A stretch of 64,000 nucleotides of DNA from Camelus ferus. Taxonomy: Eukaryota. Each line of letters begins with the position of its first letter. Position 1 is the stretch's first letter. The stretch is from assembly GCF_009834535.1 (NCBI RefSeq), contig NC_045713.1, positions 22,258,001-22,322,000 on the forward strand, read 5' to 3'. Position numbers and translations under genes: made by a program. This document shows positions 1-11,760 of the stretch, one piece after another. The notes under the pieces are model-generated. The model did not search any database. It was not told the origin of the DNA and was given only the letters and a program-made list of their open reading frames with translations.

Positions 1-87
1 GGCCTCTGCGCCATATTCAGCAGCGTGGCCGCCAATCTTACCAAAGGCGGTCTTGACGTTGGTCTTATCCTTGGAAGACAGCACCAT
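1..87 (-). CDS. HBA: Hemoglobin alpha, 3' copy; exon 1 only, gene truncated by the window edge
   Basis: ATG at 87-85 reads [29 protein letters not shown]. Bases 1-122 are identical to 3800-3921. Confidence 0.95.
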   Translation of the reverse strand, partial: MVLSSKDKTNVKTAFGKIGGHAAEYGAEA

Positions 88-139
88 GATGGGTTTTTTG
101 TGAGTCTGGGTCAGGACCAGAAACGTGAAGGGCCGACAG

Positions 140-290
140 TGCTCAAGGCTTTTATGTCAGGGGCGCAAGGGGCACGCCCGTCCGCGCGGTGCTCATTGGC
201 TGGCGGGGGCCGGTATGCGCAACTGGGACCGGACGACAGGGGGCGCGCGGCGCACAGTCCGGGCCAGGCTGGGCCGCGAGTACTTGGCTC
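140..290 (-). promoter_or_regulatory. CpG-rich alpha-globin promoter of the 3' HBA copy
   Basis: CATAAA TATA-like box at 151-156 and CCAAT at 195-199 on the minus strand; dense CpGs at about 160-290. Confidence 0.85.
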
Positions 291-2139
291 CCAGCTTAGA
301 CTCCCAAAGACCTGGCAGGGTTGTTTCTCCCTCCTGCCTAACGGCAGCTTCCTACCCTCTACTTCCAACTACCCCGGAAGTGATATCCCCGCCCCACAGC
401 GGGGGCTGGTTTGTGGAGCGGGATGGATACCCTCCCTTTCACCCTTTAGAGTCCCTGAGCTCCCTAGCACCAGGCTGCGCTCTCCTGAGGATAGAAAGGA
501 GCAAATCAGTCCGTGCCACCCACCCTGGACGTAGGCTTGGGGCTTGGCGAAGCTGGACATTTTTAACTTGAGTAGAGTCAGTGAATGAATGGGCGATTGA
601 GTGCGACTACTCCAGGGCAGAGACAAATTGCACATAGAACTTGCGCGCACCGCTCCCGTTTACTGAACAAATCCCTCCCCGAATCCCTCCTGCTCCCTTT
701 CAGCCTTGGTTCTTCCAGTTCTCTTTCTTTCCATGAATGCTCTTTGGGTGCCACTGAGTGCCAGTCATGGAAGGAACAGATACCAAGGTATAGAATTTGC
801 AGGGCTGAGTTGGAGTTCCTTCTTGAACCTGGAGTTCTCCAGGTTCAACTTCCTTCTTCCAGGGTGGTTGTTGCTGCAGCCCAGGTCGGAGACTCACAGA
901 GGCCAGTATCTCCTATTCGGGACCCCTGTGTGATGGTCTTTCTCTCCCTTTTGGCAAATGGTCCTGGTTCAGTGGCACCCCAGTCCCCCAAATTGCACCT
1001 GACACAAGATTGACTGACACAAGGTTGAACTGATAAATAAAGCAACTGGCTAAGCAAGACCTGAGCTTTCAGTCTAGTTAGGGATACAGACAGATCATCA
1101 GGAGATGATTTGGTCGCATACCTTGTTAAAAGCCCTGAGGAGGCATGGCAGGAGTGAATGAGGCATTCAAGGATATCTTTCAGGGTTAGTGGACAAGTGA
1201 TTGTCCCCGGGATAGTTGATGGGGGGAGGGGGGAGGGATGAAGTAAAACGTCAGACTTTGGTGAAGAGAACAGTGAGCAAGAAGTCATCGGTTTGTTTTT
1301 CCTGGGAGCTTGGAGAAAGACTTTGCTTTGGGGAGTGGGTGACTTGGGCATCCGTCAGCCTACCCTTCTGCCCACCTCCCCTCTCCCAAGACCTTCACTC
1401 AGGAATTGCCCAATGTGTCCAGGAGGAAGTGATGGTCAAATTGACTTGGACAAAGAGGAAAGCAGCTCAGAAAAGCCTTAGCAATGATCCCTTCTGCTAC
1501 CTACACCCCACCCCCGCACCTGTCTCCACTCTTCTCATTTTGTTCCCAATGGGCCCTCCCCCCAGCTCCTTCCATTTTTCCTTCCTACCCTCCACCCTTT
1601 TCCTGATTCCATCTGCAGCCTCAGGCTCATCGTGGTTCTGAAGAACAACAGGATAAGACACTGGGGGCTTAGGGACACCAGAGCCCCACTCCCAGGCCTG
1701 GGACAAACCCTCTTGCATCCTAATCTAGTTCCCTGGCCCCTAAGCCCTTTTAAGACAAGACTTGAACATTCCTCAGCCAATGTCTTATACTTGCAATATG
1801 AGAAGACCTCCCACATATATATGAGGAAAAGACAAATGACTTATGAGAAGAATTGACCAAGGATTTGAACAGAAAATGAACAGAAATAGTAAAATGATCA
1901 ATAAATCTATGAAATGAGGAGAGCCGAATAAACTGGCCAAAGAGATGTAGAGTTCAGTGGGAAGGGCAGATTGAAGAAAAATACCTAAGCTATAAGGATA
2001 TTTTTGACAAAATAAAAGCACAGTTGTAGAGGCACTGTGTCCCTCTCAGCACAGGATAAGAGCTGATGGTCTCAGTCCCAAACTCCCAAACTTTTAACCA
2101 CAGCTCTTTCTGCAGGGGTCAGGGGACAGGACAGAGGGA

Positions 2140-2167
2140 CTCTCTCTCTCTCTCTCTCTCTCTCTCT
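2140..2167. repeat. (CT)14 microsatellite
   Basis: Directly visible. Confidence 0.95.
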
Positions 2168-3222
2168 AGTTTGAATAACACAGAAAAGATGTGCATGTGT
2201 GAAAACATGGGTGGATTTTAATTTATATCATAAGTGTTTTTCTACATTTCAATAAAAGTGAATTGGGCTGTGGGACAGAGAAAGAGTGCACGGTGGAGAG
2301 TGGGGAATAAGTCCCCGGCTGCTCAGAGAGGCCCCCGTCCAGAAGGAAAGAGGTGAGCAGTGGCCGCATTGGGTTGCCCTGGATGTGGGGGCTGGGCTGG
2401 AGGCACTGATGGAGTCCCTAAGGGCTGCAGAATGTGTGGGGTGTGCAAGGTTCCGGCGTGGAGTGCAGGGCAGCAGCGTGTGTGACAGGGGCCTTTTTGA
2501 AGGTTGCTCTGGGCGCCAAAGCAGAACTGCTGGGACACCCCGAGAGCCTTGGAAGAGAATGGGGTGGGATAGGCGGTGAGCTGGGGAAGGCAGGGCTGGG
2601 CACACAGTGAGCTCTTAATGTGCCTCCTGCACTGGAGCCAGGAACTCTGCGAAAGGCTTTAGCCAGCTCAGAGCTGCTCTTCTCCCCTGACTTCACCGCC
2701 AACATACACACAGCAGACAGTTCCCGGAAGGATGCCTGGGGCTGTGACCCCTGTTCCAACCCACCTTCCCTCTGGGAGGAAGGCAGTGAAATCTCACAAA
2801 GATTGTCCACCTGCACCTGCATCTGCACCCAGACCAGCCTATTTTTGCTGTTTGTTTGTTTTGCTTTCTTTTATTTTGATCTAGATTGCACGTTTAAGGG
2901 GGATCAGTCAGAGGTTTCAAAAAAGGGTGGCCATTTGAGGACTCCCCACCTTGTGGAAAACCCTGGGAGTCTGCATCTCCCAGGACAGGAGCTGAGTTCA
3001 GCAAGCAGATTATGGGAAACATCAGCCTTAGCTTCCCTCCCTCTTCTGCCCTCCCGTTCTTTGCTGTTGAAAACCACCCCCAACCCCAGCCCGGTTCACA
3101 GACACAGAGAATGAGGCTACAGAGGCTGCAGCCCACTCAGACTTTATTCAGAGTTCAGAAAGTGAGGGTGCCCAGAACACAGGAGGACCCCGGGCAAGGG
3201 GAGGGACCGCCAAGGCTCCAGC

Positions 3223-3886
3223 TTAACGGTATTTGGAGGTCAGCACGGTGCTCACGTTGGCCAGGAACTTGTCCAGGGAGGCATGGACCGAGGGGGTGAA
3301 ATCGCCAGGGTGGTGGGCCGCCACGGTCACCAGCAGGCAGTGGCTCAGGAGCTGCAGAGAGAAGGGGTGTCAGGGGGCGTGGGGCACGCTCCACCTCTGC
3401 AACCACACTGCATTCTCTGCCCTACTAGCCTGCTAGCGGGGACGCTGTGCCTTCCACCCCAGATCTCTCCCAGCCGACCCACAAGCTCACCTTGAAGTTG
3501 ACTGGGTCCACACGCAGCTTGTGGGCATGCAGATCACTCAGAGCCGACAGGGCACTGGGCAGGTCGTCCAGGTGGTCCGCAGCCTTGGTCAGCGCATCGC
3601 CCACCTTCTTGCCATGGGCCTTGACCTGGGCGGAGCCGTGGCTCAGGTCAAAGTGGGGGAAGTAGGTCTTGGTGGTGGGGAAGCCCAGGAACATTCTGTG
3701 GGAAGAAGAGGTGAGAGAGCCGGGCTTAGGAGGGACAAGGACACGACGGGTGGTCCAGCCCTGAGTCCCAGCGGGGCAGGTGGGTGCTCACCTCTCCAGG
3801 GCCTCTGCGCCATATTCAGCAGCGTGGCCGCCAATCTTACCAAAGGCGGTCTTGACGTTGGTCTTATCCTTGGAAGACAGCACCAT
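3223..3886 (-). CDS. HBA: Hemoglobin subunit alpha, 142 aa, 3 exons
   Basis: Exons 3886-3792 (95 nt), 3695-3491 (205 nt) and 3351-3223 (129 nt), GT-AG introns, TAA at 3225-3223, AATAAA at 3148-3143. Protein includes [31 protein letters not shown]...[51 protein letters not shown]. Confidence 0.98.
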
Positions 3887-3939
3887 GATGGGTTTTTTGT
3901 GAGTCTGGGTCAGGACCAGAAGTGTGCAGGCCCGGGAGC

Positions 3940-4010
3940 ACTGTGAGCCTTTATGCCAGGGGTGCAAGGGGGCACGCCCACCAGCGCCATGCTCATTGGC
4001 TCGCGCTGAG
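3940..4010 (-). promoter_or_regulatory. Alpha-globin promoter of the 5' HBA copy
   Basis: CATAAA at 3955-3950 and CCAAT at 3999-3995; same motif spacing as the other HBA promoter. Confidence 0.85.
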
Positions 4011-5606
4011 CCAGGAAGTGCAGGACATGAAAGGTGATCTGAAGAGGGAGGGGTCCCGGGTGGGATCCCGCCCAGAGGCGGCCCTCATCCCCCTTTCCCC
4101 ACCATCTCTGTCCTCCCGCCTAGGCTGAAATCCAGCTCTCTACGGTACCCTCTGTTCTCGCTCCTGTGGGCTTAGGAGCTCACACAGGTTTCTGAGTCAC
4201 CCAAACCCACCAGACACCTGCATTTGTCCCCAGGTGGGGGTAGCCTGGAAGTGTCTATTTGCTTGTCTGGAAAGGGAGCACAATCTTTTCCGAGGGTGCA
4301 GGAGATAATGTGGAGGGGAGTCTTTTAAGCCTCCGATCCCCAATGGTGGGCAGGCCCTTTGAAGCAGAGCGGGTTAACAGGTGTCCACATGGACCCAGCG
4401 GGAGTACTGCGGAGCCAAAGTCAGGGCTGTTTCCAGCACAACACTTCAGAGTTGGTGGCTGACTGCTCGGCCCTGCACAGGCCTGATAACTCTCCTCATT
4501 CAAAGTTTGGAGAGCTCCCAGGGTTCTGCCCCTGTGTCCACAAAGTCTCAGGGTTGAGCACTAAGATTCTGTACCCATGCCCTGGAGTGGGGAGATTGAT
4601 GGGGGTGGGCGAGGTGGAGTGAGGTGAGGTGTGCCTTAGCCAGCAAACCACAGAGACTGAGATGCAGCAGCAGGGCTGGGGTGGGGGTTGGGTGGCCATG
4701 GGCCTGTGGAGCACCAACCCTGCATTATGATCTCAAGTTATTTCAAAGACCCAGTGAAGTTGGTTTTTTTTTCTTCCTGTGGGATGCTTTAGGCTTAGAT
4801 CGCTTAGGGACATGCCTAGTATCACTCAGCACGTTGATGTGAATCAGGTTGGAAATCTCATCTGTCTGCTTGATTGTGGCGTTAGAGGGCTTCCTTCCTA
4901 CCCTGACTCCCTGCCCCAGGAGATCCAGAGAAAGGGGCTAAACTTGGCACAGAGCAAAGCTACTGCAGATTGACCTTTGAAGGTAGGGGAGAAAATGGGA
5001 AAAGAAGAGAGGTAGGGTCTGAGGAGCCCTGGGCCATGAAGTCTGTTTGACCTCAGGCCAGGAACTTCACATGGGGGCGTCTGTGTTAAAGAGTCGAAAA
5101 CTGACACTTGCAGCTCCCAGGAGGTAGGGACAGAGGGAGATGCACAAACGTGTGAACGCAGAGGTGCTTTGCGGGAATGGTGTGGCACCGCTCGGGGGGC
5201 CGGATGCGAGTTGCAGCCGAAGACCCTGCCCACATCGAGCACCCACTCTACCCCAGCACGTTCCTCTGCCCCAGGAGAGCAACTGCTCTGTTCAAGCCTT
5301 TGGGCGTCCACACCCTATCTAGACCCCAGATTGTCAGCCCAGGAACTGTCCTCATTCAGGGTTTGGAGAATGCCCAGAGCCCTGCTCCTGGGCACCCCCC
5401 ACTTCTCTTGTCAGCGAAGGTTCAGGGTTGATCCCTACAATTCGAGCCCTACAACTCTGAGAGGCTCCTTTGGGGAGCCAGAGCTTCTCTGCCCAGCAAC
5501 AATGACGTCAGCTTGCCTGCTCCCCAAAGACCACACACTTGCAAGGTTCAGCGTTTTGAGGCCTGTTTATTGATGTCCTCAGACCTAGGTCCGCGGGGCA
5601 CTGAAC

Positions 5607-6294
5607 TCAGCGGTACTTCTCCGTCAGCACCACGGCTATGCCAGTCAGGAATTTATCCCACGCGGCCTGCATCTCCACAGTGAACTCGTCCTGGAGGTGG
5701 GAAGCCAGCACCACCTGGAAACACTGGATCAGCAGCTGCGGGGGAAGAGGTGGGTGAGAAGGGGTCTGTCCCCACCCATTCCTCCCGGAATGCCTCCCCG
5801 CCTCGGCTGTCTGTGCGAAGCCTGCCAAGTCCTGGGCTGGCTCACCGGGAAGTTGGTGGGGTCCACGCGCAGCACGTGTGCGTGCAGGTCGGCGAGCGGG
5901 CTCAGGGCGGCGCGCAGGTTGTCCACGTGCCGCACGGCCACGCCCACCGCCTCGAGCATGCGTTGTCCGTGGTTCAGCAGCAGCACCTCGTCGGGGCAGT
6001 CGCCCAGGTGCTTGAAGTAGGTCTTAGTGTTGGGGTACACCGCGAAGAGCCTACAGGAGCAGGAGGTGAGTGGGGAGGGTGGCCCTTGCACGCCAGCACG
6101 GCCCAGACCCCGGGAAACCTGGGTCAAACGCGCCGCACGCCACCAAACCCAACACTCCAGTCTCCGCCTCGCTGAGATCCTGGAGACCCCGCCCCAACCC
6201 ACCTGAGCAGCAGCTCCGCCCCGAAGGGCGCCTCGTGGCCGGCGATCAGGTCCCAGACCTGTGCGATATGGGCGCGCTCTTGGGCGCTGAGCAT
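5607..6294 (-). CDS. HBM: Hemoglobin subunit mu (alpha-D type), 141 aa, 3 exons, intact
   Basis: Exons 6294-6203 (92 nt, [31 protein letters not shown]), 6050-5846 (205 nt) and 5735-5607 (129 nt, [42 protein letters not shown]). Canonical splice sites; AATAAA at 5571-5566; distal and proximal His present. Confidence 0.96.
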
Positions 6295-6339
6295 GGCGCT
6301 GGCGTGACGTGTTCTGGGGGCCGCGCCCGCCGTCCCGGC

Positions 6340-6390
6340 CTCCTTATAGCAACTCCCCCCTCCCAGCGCCCCGCCCGCCCTTATCTGCGG
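6340..6390 (-). promoter_or_regulatory. HBM promoter
   Basis: TATAA at 6348-6344, AGATAA at 6386-6381, GC boxes between them; no CCAAT seen nearby. Confidence 0.75.
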
Positions 6391-7120
6391 GAGCGCTGCA
6401 GGAATGGAGACCCTGCGACTGCATGGGGAAACATGGCCAGTCCAGGTCCCCACCGCCGCGAAGGCCACAGTTTCTGGGTTCCCTGGGTCACTGGCACTGA
6501 ATCACGCCGTATGTGGGGAACTTTGCTGCAGATTTTAGGGAGATTTGCAATTATTCCTCTGAGGGCAGTTACTGCTCCGCTAGGAGGGAGCTGATGGAGG
6601 AATTGGGAGAGATTCCGGGGCAGGAGAACCTCCTTTTCCCGAGGGGCCAGGAAGCATCAGTGGTCCCTACCGCGCATAAGCCATAAAAACAGGCTTTCAG
6701 GAAAAGTCCCCTGAGTCCCGACACATATCCAACACGCTGAGCGAAGCAACAAACTTTGCGTAATTTGGGAAGCAGGAGAGAGGCCCAAACGCAGGTCTGA
6801 CTAGAGAAAACGGCATGGGCAGACCTGGGGCTGAACTGCTCCCTCCGGCTGCGACGCTGGGGTCCGCACGACCAAGGACAGCCCCAAAGCACCGTTAGAG
6901 TGGCCTCCAGGCCAGGGGTGACATTAGGATCGGCCGCGTTCCTGCCAAGCCCCCATTCCGTCCCTCACATTCTCTGATCTTTGCCCCAACACTGAGAACG
7001 CAGGACCCAGCTCACTCTATCCTCATCCATTTATTGGGGAGTCCCGGTTGGAATTGTAGGGTTCAAAGGAAGGGGAGGAGTCGAAGCCCGTCCTGGGGAT
7101 CCAGCCGCTGCGCGCAGCCC

Positions 7121-8213
7121 TCAGCGGTACTTCTCTGTCAGAACGCGGGACACGGTGGACAGGAACTTGTCCCAGGCGGCGTGGGCGTCGGCCGTGAAGT
7201 CAGCGGGGAAGTGGGAGGCCACGGTGACCAGCAGGCAGTGGGACAGGAGCTGGGGCGGAAAGGGAGGGAGGCTCAGGGCGCGGGCCCCGGGCGCCTTCCG
7301 CCCAGACCCCGCCCCGCCTCGGTCGGGCCCCGCCAGGACCCCAGCCCCGCGCCCACCTTGAAGTTGACCGGGTCCACGCGCAAGACGTAGGCGTGCAGCT
7401 CGCTGAGCTTGGACAGAGCGCCCGCCACGTTGTCGATGCTCTTGACTGCGTCGCCCAAGGCGGCCAGCACCTTGGAGCCGTGCGCGCGCAGCTGCGCGGA
7501 GCCTGGATGCAGGTCGAAGTGCGGGAAGTAGGTCTTGGTCTGCGGGAAGCTGGAGAAGAGCCTGCGGGGGGGGCGGCGGGGGTGAGGCGAGGTCGGGACG
7601 GCACTGCCCCAGGACGCGACGGTCCAGGCGCCGACCCAGCGTTCTGGACACGTGGTATTTTCACGCAGTGTATTAAAACATCAATATTAACGCAAAAACC
7701 CACGTAGACCGAAATATGCAAAGTTCAGGTAAAGGCAGGATGAGTACTGCTGACTTTTCCTGTTGCCCCAGGCTCCAGTATGGCCCCGGTACTATCTCAC
7801 TCACCCTCACCGCCCCATCGTTCCCACGTTCCTTCCTTCTTCCCCCATTCACTCACTCACTCACTCACTCACTCACTCACTCATTCATTCATTCAACAGG
7901 TGTTTGTGGAGACCTGGGTGCTGGGCCTGGAGAGACACAGCCCTACAGTCATCTCCCTTCCGAGTTCACCTCCTCTTCCTGCTTACCGGCCACCATCCCC
8001 TGTCCTCACCACTGACCGCACCTCCCTGTCCCCTCCTCACTGACCGCTGTCCTTACTGTCCTCTCCTCTCTGGCCCACAGTCACCTGCCCGGGTACATCC
8101 AGCCCAGCTGGCACTCACCTTTCCAAGGCCTCCATGCCAATGACGTCCGCCTGTGTGGCGATCTTGCCCCACATGGACACAACGATGGTCCTCTCAGCCT
8201 TGGTCAGAGACAT
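7121..8213 (-). CDS. HBZ: Hemoglobin subunit zeta, 3' (second) copy, 142 aa, intact
   Basis: Exons 8213-8119 (95 nt, [32 protein letters not shown]), 7561-7357 (205 nt) and 7249-7121 (129 nt, ...[31 protein letters not shown]). AATAAA at 7035-7030. Confidence 0.96.
7847..7894. repeat. (ACTC)8(ATTC)3 microsatellite in zeta intron 1
   Basis: Directly visible; the other zeta copy has (ACTC)7(ATTC)3 at 22318-22357. Confidence 0.9.
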
Positions 8214-8279
8214 GGTGGCGGCTGACCCAGAGCTAGGTGTGCTCAGAACTGGCCTCCGTGGTGCTCGGCCCCCAGGGTC

Positions 8280-8480
8280 CCCTTATATACCTGAAGCCAG
8301 GGTGGGGGCCAGGCTGTGGTCATCACTGGGAGAGGGGAGGGGGTTTGGGTGGTGGGGCCTCTTATCAGATGCAGTGACAATGGGCAGTCAGGCCTGGTGG
8401 GCCTGGTGGGGTGAGGGGCTATCACTCTGGCCTCCCCTGCAGAGCCACAGCCAGAGCCCATGTTGCAGGGAGATAGGGGC
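8280..8480 (-). promoter_or_regulatory. Zeta promoter, 3' copy
   Basis: TATATAA at 8289-8283, TGACCA at 8322-8317, CACC-type GGGTGGTGGGG, TGATAA at 8367-8362, upstream AGATAG at 8471-8476. Confidence 0.8.
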
Positions 8481-9180
8481 CCAGGCCTGGGTCAAGGGTC
8501 CATGTATCAGGCTAGCCCAGAGACTGGACTCTGTAATGATTATCCCCCGGCCTCCCTGGCCTTGCGATAGAAGGATGACCTGGAAGGCATCAGGCCGTCA
8601 CAGAAGCACTCTCTGTTTCTTACCTTAAGGGGCAGTATTCCCACCTGATGAAAAAACTGAGGCCCATAGAGGGACACCGAGGCCAGGTGTCACAGGGTGT
8701 GAGCCCAACTATAGCTTCAGATCCTCTCGCACCTCTGCTGTGTAGCCCTCTCCTTACCCAGATAAAGTTCCATCTGAGGTTCTCCACCACCCATAAGTCA
8801 AGTCCCCCAGTAGCCTGGTGGGTGCCCGAGGGGAGGAGGCTGGCCTCTTCACGCAAAGCCTGGGGTCTCAGGAGACCTCAGTCCTACCTGTCACATTCTC
8901 ATCACACCCTTTGCAGACCTCTTCTGCTTTATGTATTTGTATCCTTTACCGTCTTGGCTTATTCCCTCCTCCTCCCGCAAGGTGACCATTCTAGTGTGCT
9001 TGATGTATTCCTTTTAGTTAGTATGTGTTCTTGCAAAGGGTCCGTTTTTATGTATTTTTAAGTTCAACAGATTATAGCCTGATTAAAATGTTTTAATTAT
9101 GATAAACATTCCTCACATCTTTTTCAAAATACAGGATTTTTTAATAAGAAGGGAGAAAACAGGACACATTACATGACAAT

Positions 9181-9298
9181 GTTTTTTATTTTTGTTTATC
9201 CTATTTTATTTTTACTTTTTAGTGGAGGTACTGGGGATTGAACCCAGGACCTCATGCATGCTAAGCATGCACTCTACTACTGAGCTATTACCCCCTCC
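9181..9298 (-). mobile_element. tRNA-Ala-derived camelid SINE (Vic-1-like)
   Basis: Reverse complement has TAGCTCAG (A box), anticodon-like TTAGCATG, GGTTCAATCCCCAGTACCTCCA (B box) and an A-rich tail. Confidence 0.85.
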
Positions 9299-9344
9299 AT
9301 GATAAGGTTTTTATTTATTTATTTTAAAATTTTTATTTTACTTT

Positions 9345-9468
9345 TTTTGAGGGGGGAGGTACTTAGATTTATTCATTTATTTATTTTTAGAGAAGGTACT
9401 GGGGATTGAACCCAGAACTTCAAGCATGCTAAACATTCACTCTACCACTTGAGCTATAACCTCCCTCC
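9345..9468 (-). mobile_element. tRNA-Ala-derived camelid SINE, long-tail form
   Basis: Same tRNA-like head plus (AAAT)n and an ACCTCCCCCC tail segment. Confidence 0.85.
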
Positions 9469-11760
9469 AATAATGTTCTTTTAAATAGAAGGAAGGCATA
9501 GATAGAACAGCACCAAACTGGTAATGACAATGATCCATCAGTGATGGGGGTTACTGTAACTCTGATTGGTTTTTGCCTGTGTTTTCATTGGGCTTCCATG
9601 CTGAGCACACTCTGCTGTAACCATTCGTTCCATGAGGTGGGAGCTGAGCTGTGGGTTGCCTTGGACCCTGCCCTGGTCTCTGTTTCTGAGCCAAGAGTTT
9701 GCAGACCAATCTGAGAGCCCAGGCCTTGGTCCCGTGGGGTGACTCCTCTGGTCACATACCCCCATCCACCTGCCAGCTGCGCAAAGGAAGCACCCAGAGG
9801 TGCTCAGAGAAAGAGGCTGGCCTCCATCGACAGCTCTGTTCCTGGACGGAGCCAGTGTTCACAGCGTGGTCCAGGTTCCACACAGCCTGGCCGACATGCA
9901 GCACTGGGACTCCTCTCTGTCTGTGGGAATATGTGTAGGGGCACCTGTTTCTATTTGCTGTTGAGGTTGAGCATTTTCCTGCATGATGATTAGAATCTAT
10001 TTGTTCCTTTTACAGATAACTGAACTGAGAATGTACTTCTGTAAATTTTTGCATTCTTTTTTATTGAAGTATCGTCAATTTACAGTGTTGTGTGTAATTG
10101 GTTTTATGTATACACACACCATCAATCTCCAAACACACACACTATTTACATACACTATTTTCATACACTCAAGCTTTTCTTTCTACATTTTATTTAACAC
10201 ATTTGGTGAATGTATTTCAATGAACATTATTTAACATTTACAAATTAAACCCATCAATTATAATAGCTATCCTGGCAAAAGCATAGCTTAAAAAATGAAA
10301 GTTCCCTTCTCACCGCCTCCCCACTTCCAAGGACACTCCAGTAGATTACTGTGTTCATGAAACAACCCAAACTATGTCCGAGAGTCCTCAGGGCACTGTG
10401 GTTTTCTCCCCTCTGGCTGCAGTGGGGACCAGTTAGCATCTCATCCTCAGAGGCTCTCTGTTCACACAAACAGTATACACTCCTTTTAGACCTTTCGAGG
10501 AAGAACACAGACTCTGTGGAGGAGAGAAAAATCACCACTTTTGCCAGAGTCATCACTGACATGTCTGGGTTCTCTTTCTTTAGCTGAGTCACCTTGAAAA
10601 TGCAGCTTCATGAAATGATTTTTCTTCACTTCGCCATCGGTCTCTCACTCAGCAAGTGTGTGCCTGTCATGTCTGCTTGATGGAGAACCTGAGCCCACCG
10701 CCTGCAGGGGAAGGTAAATCTGAAACCTAGACTTGGTGATCTGCAAAGCAGGTTCCTGAGTCTCACTGTGGGTGCCCTTCAAGCCCGGGTGCTGCCGTGG
10801 TCACTGTGAGGATGTCTGAGGTCCAGCAGAAACAGTTTCCACATCCAGTTCAGCCTCCAGGTTGGGGACGAGACGGCACCACAGGAGACTGACCCCCACC
10901 TTGGAAATTCCTCCCCAAGGGGGTCCCCCAGCCAGGATGGAGGTTTCAGGTGTGTGGAGGGGTGGAATGAACTGTGGAGGGGAGTAGCATGTGGAGATCC
11001 AGCACCAGTAAACCAGCCTGGGTTAGAACAGGTGAGGGACCCCAGCCCCCAGAGGTTCAGGCAGGGGCAGGGGGCTGTGATGTAAGAGGGGCTGGATGAG
11101 CCCAGGGAGGGCCTGAGGGCAGAAGATAAGGACTATTCCTGAGTTCTGGGGGGCGGGGGGCAGGTAGCCCCCCTCCTTCTGTGCGCTGGGGCCTCCGGTG
11201 AGCCTCCTCCACCCGCAAGCCCGACCCAAGCAGCCTCTCAGCCTCTCCCCCAACTGTCTTCCTCTCTTTCTTTTTTCTCCTGGAGAGTGAGGCTTGTGTC
11301 CTGACCCCACCAACCTGAGCTGAGGTCACTGCTTTTAATGTGGGGTGTCCTGGCTCAGTCCCCATGCTCTCTCTCTGTCTGCCCTCAGTCCACCGGGCTG
11401 CACTAACCTCCGCCAGTGCCCTGGAGACTTCTGACAGTGTCTCCCTGACCCAGGCTCCTACCCAGGGAGTATTTCAGCCTCACCTCCCTACTCTTGCCCC
11501 TCCCCTGCCTCCAGTGATGGCAGCACCATTCTCCCTTCTGAAGGCTCAGGCCAGCGACCACAGTCCACCTGGACCCTCCACTCTCCCCTCCATGGCTTTT
11601 GGTCCTCAGTGAGGGAAAGCTCCCTGCCCCCCCCCCCAGCTCTGCCTCCACCCTCTGTCCTCCTCCATCCACCTGGGACCTCCCCTCTGAAGGGGCTCCC
11701 CAATATTGTCACTCCCTCAAACATCACTGTCACTAGATCCACACTGACCCCCCCATTTAA

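Noticed and set aside
1-290. Possibility that the left-edge gene is theta-globin (HBQ1)
   Set aside because: Exon 1 and the 5' UTR are identical to the HBA at 3886 and the promoter has alpha-type CCAAT and CATAAA boxes. HBQ1 would lie beyond the window.
7121-7721. Long ORFs of 173-176 aa over the zeta genes, and the 304-aa ORF at 21274-22188
   Set aside because: They read through GC-rich introns or alternative frames of the spliced globin genes; only the exon parts are globin.
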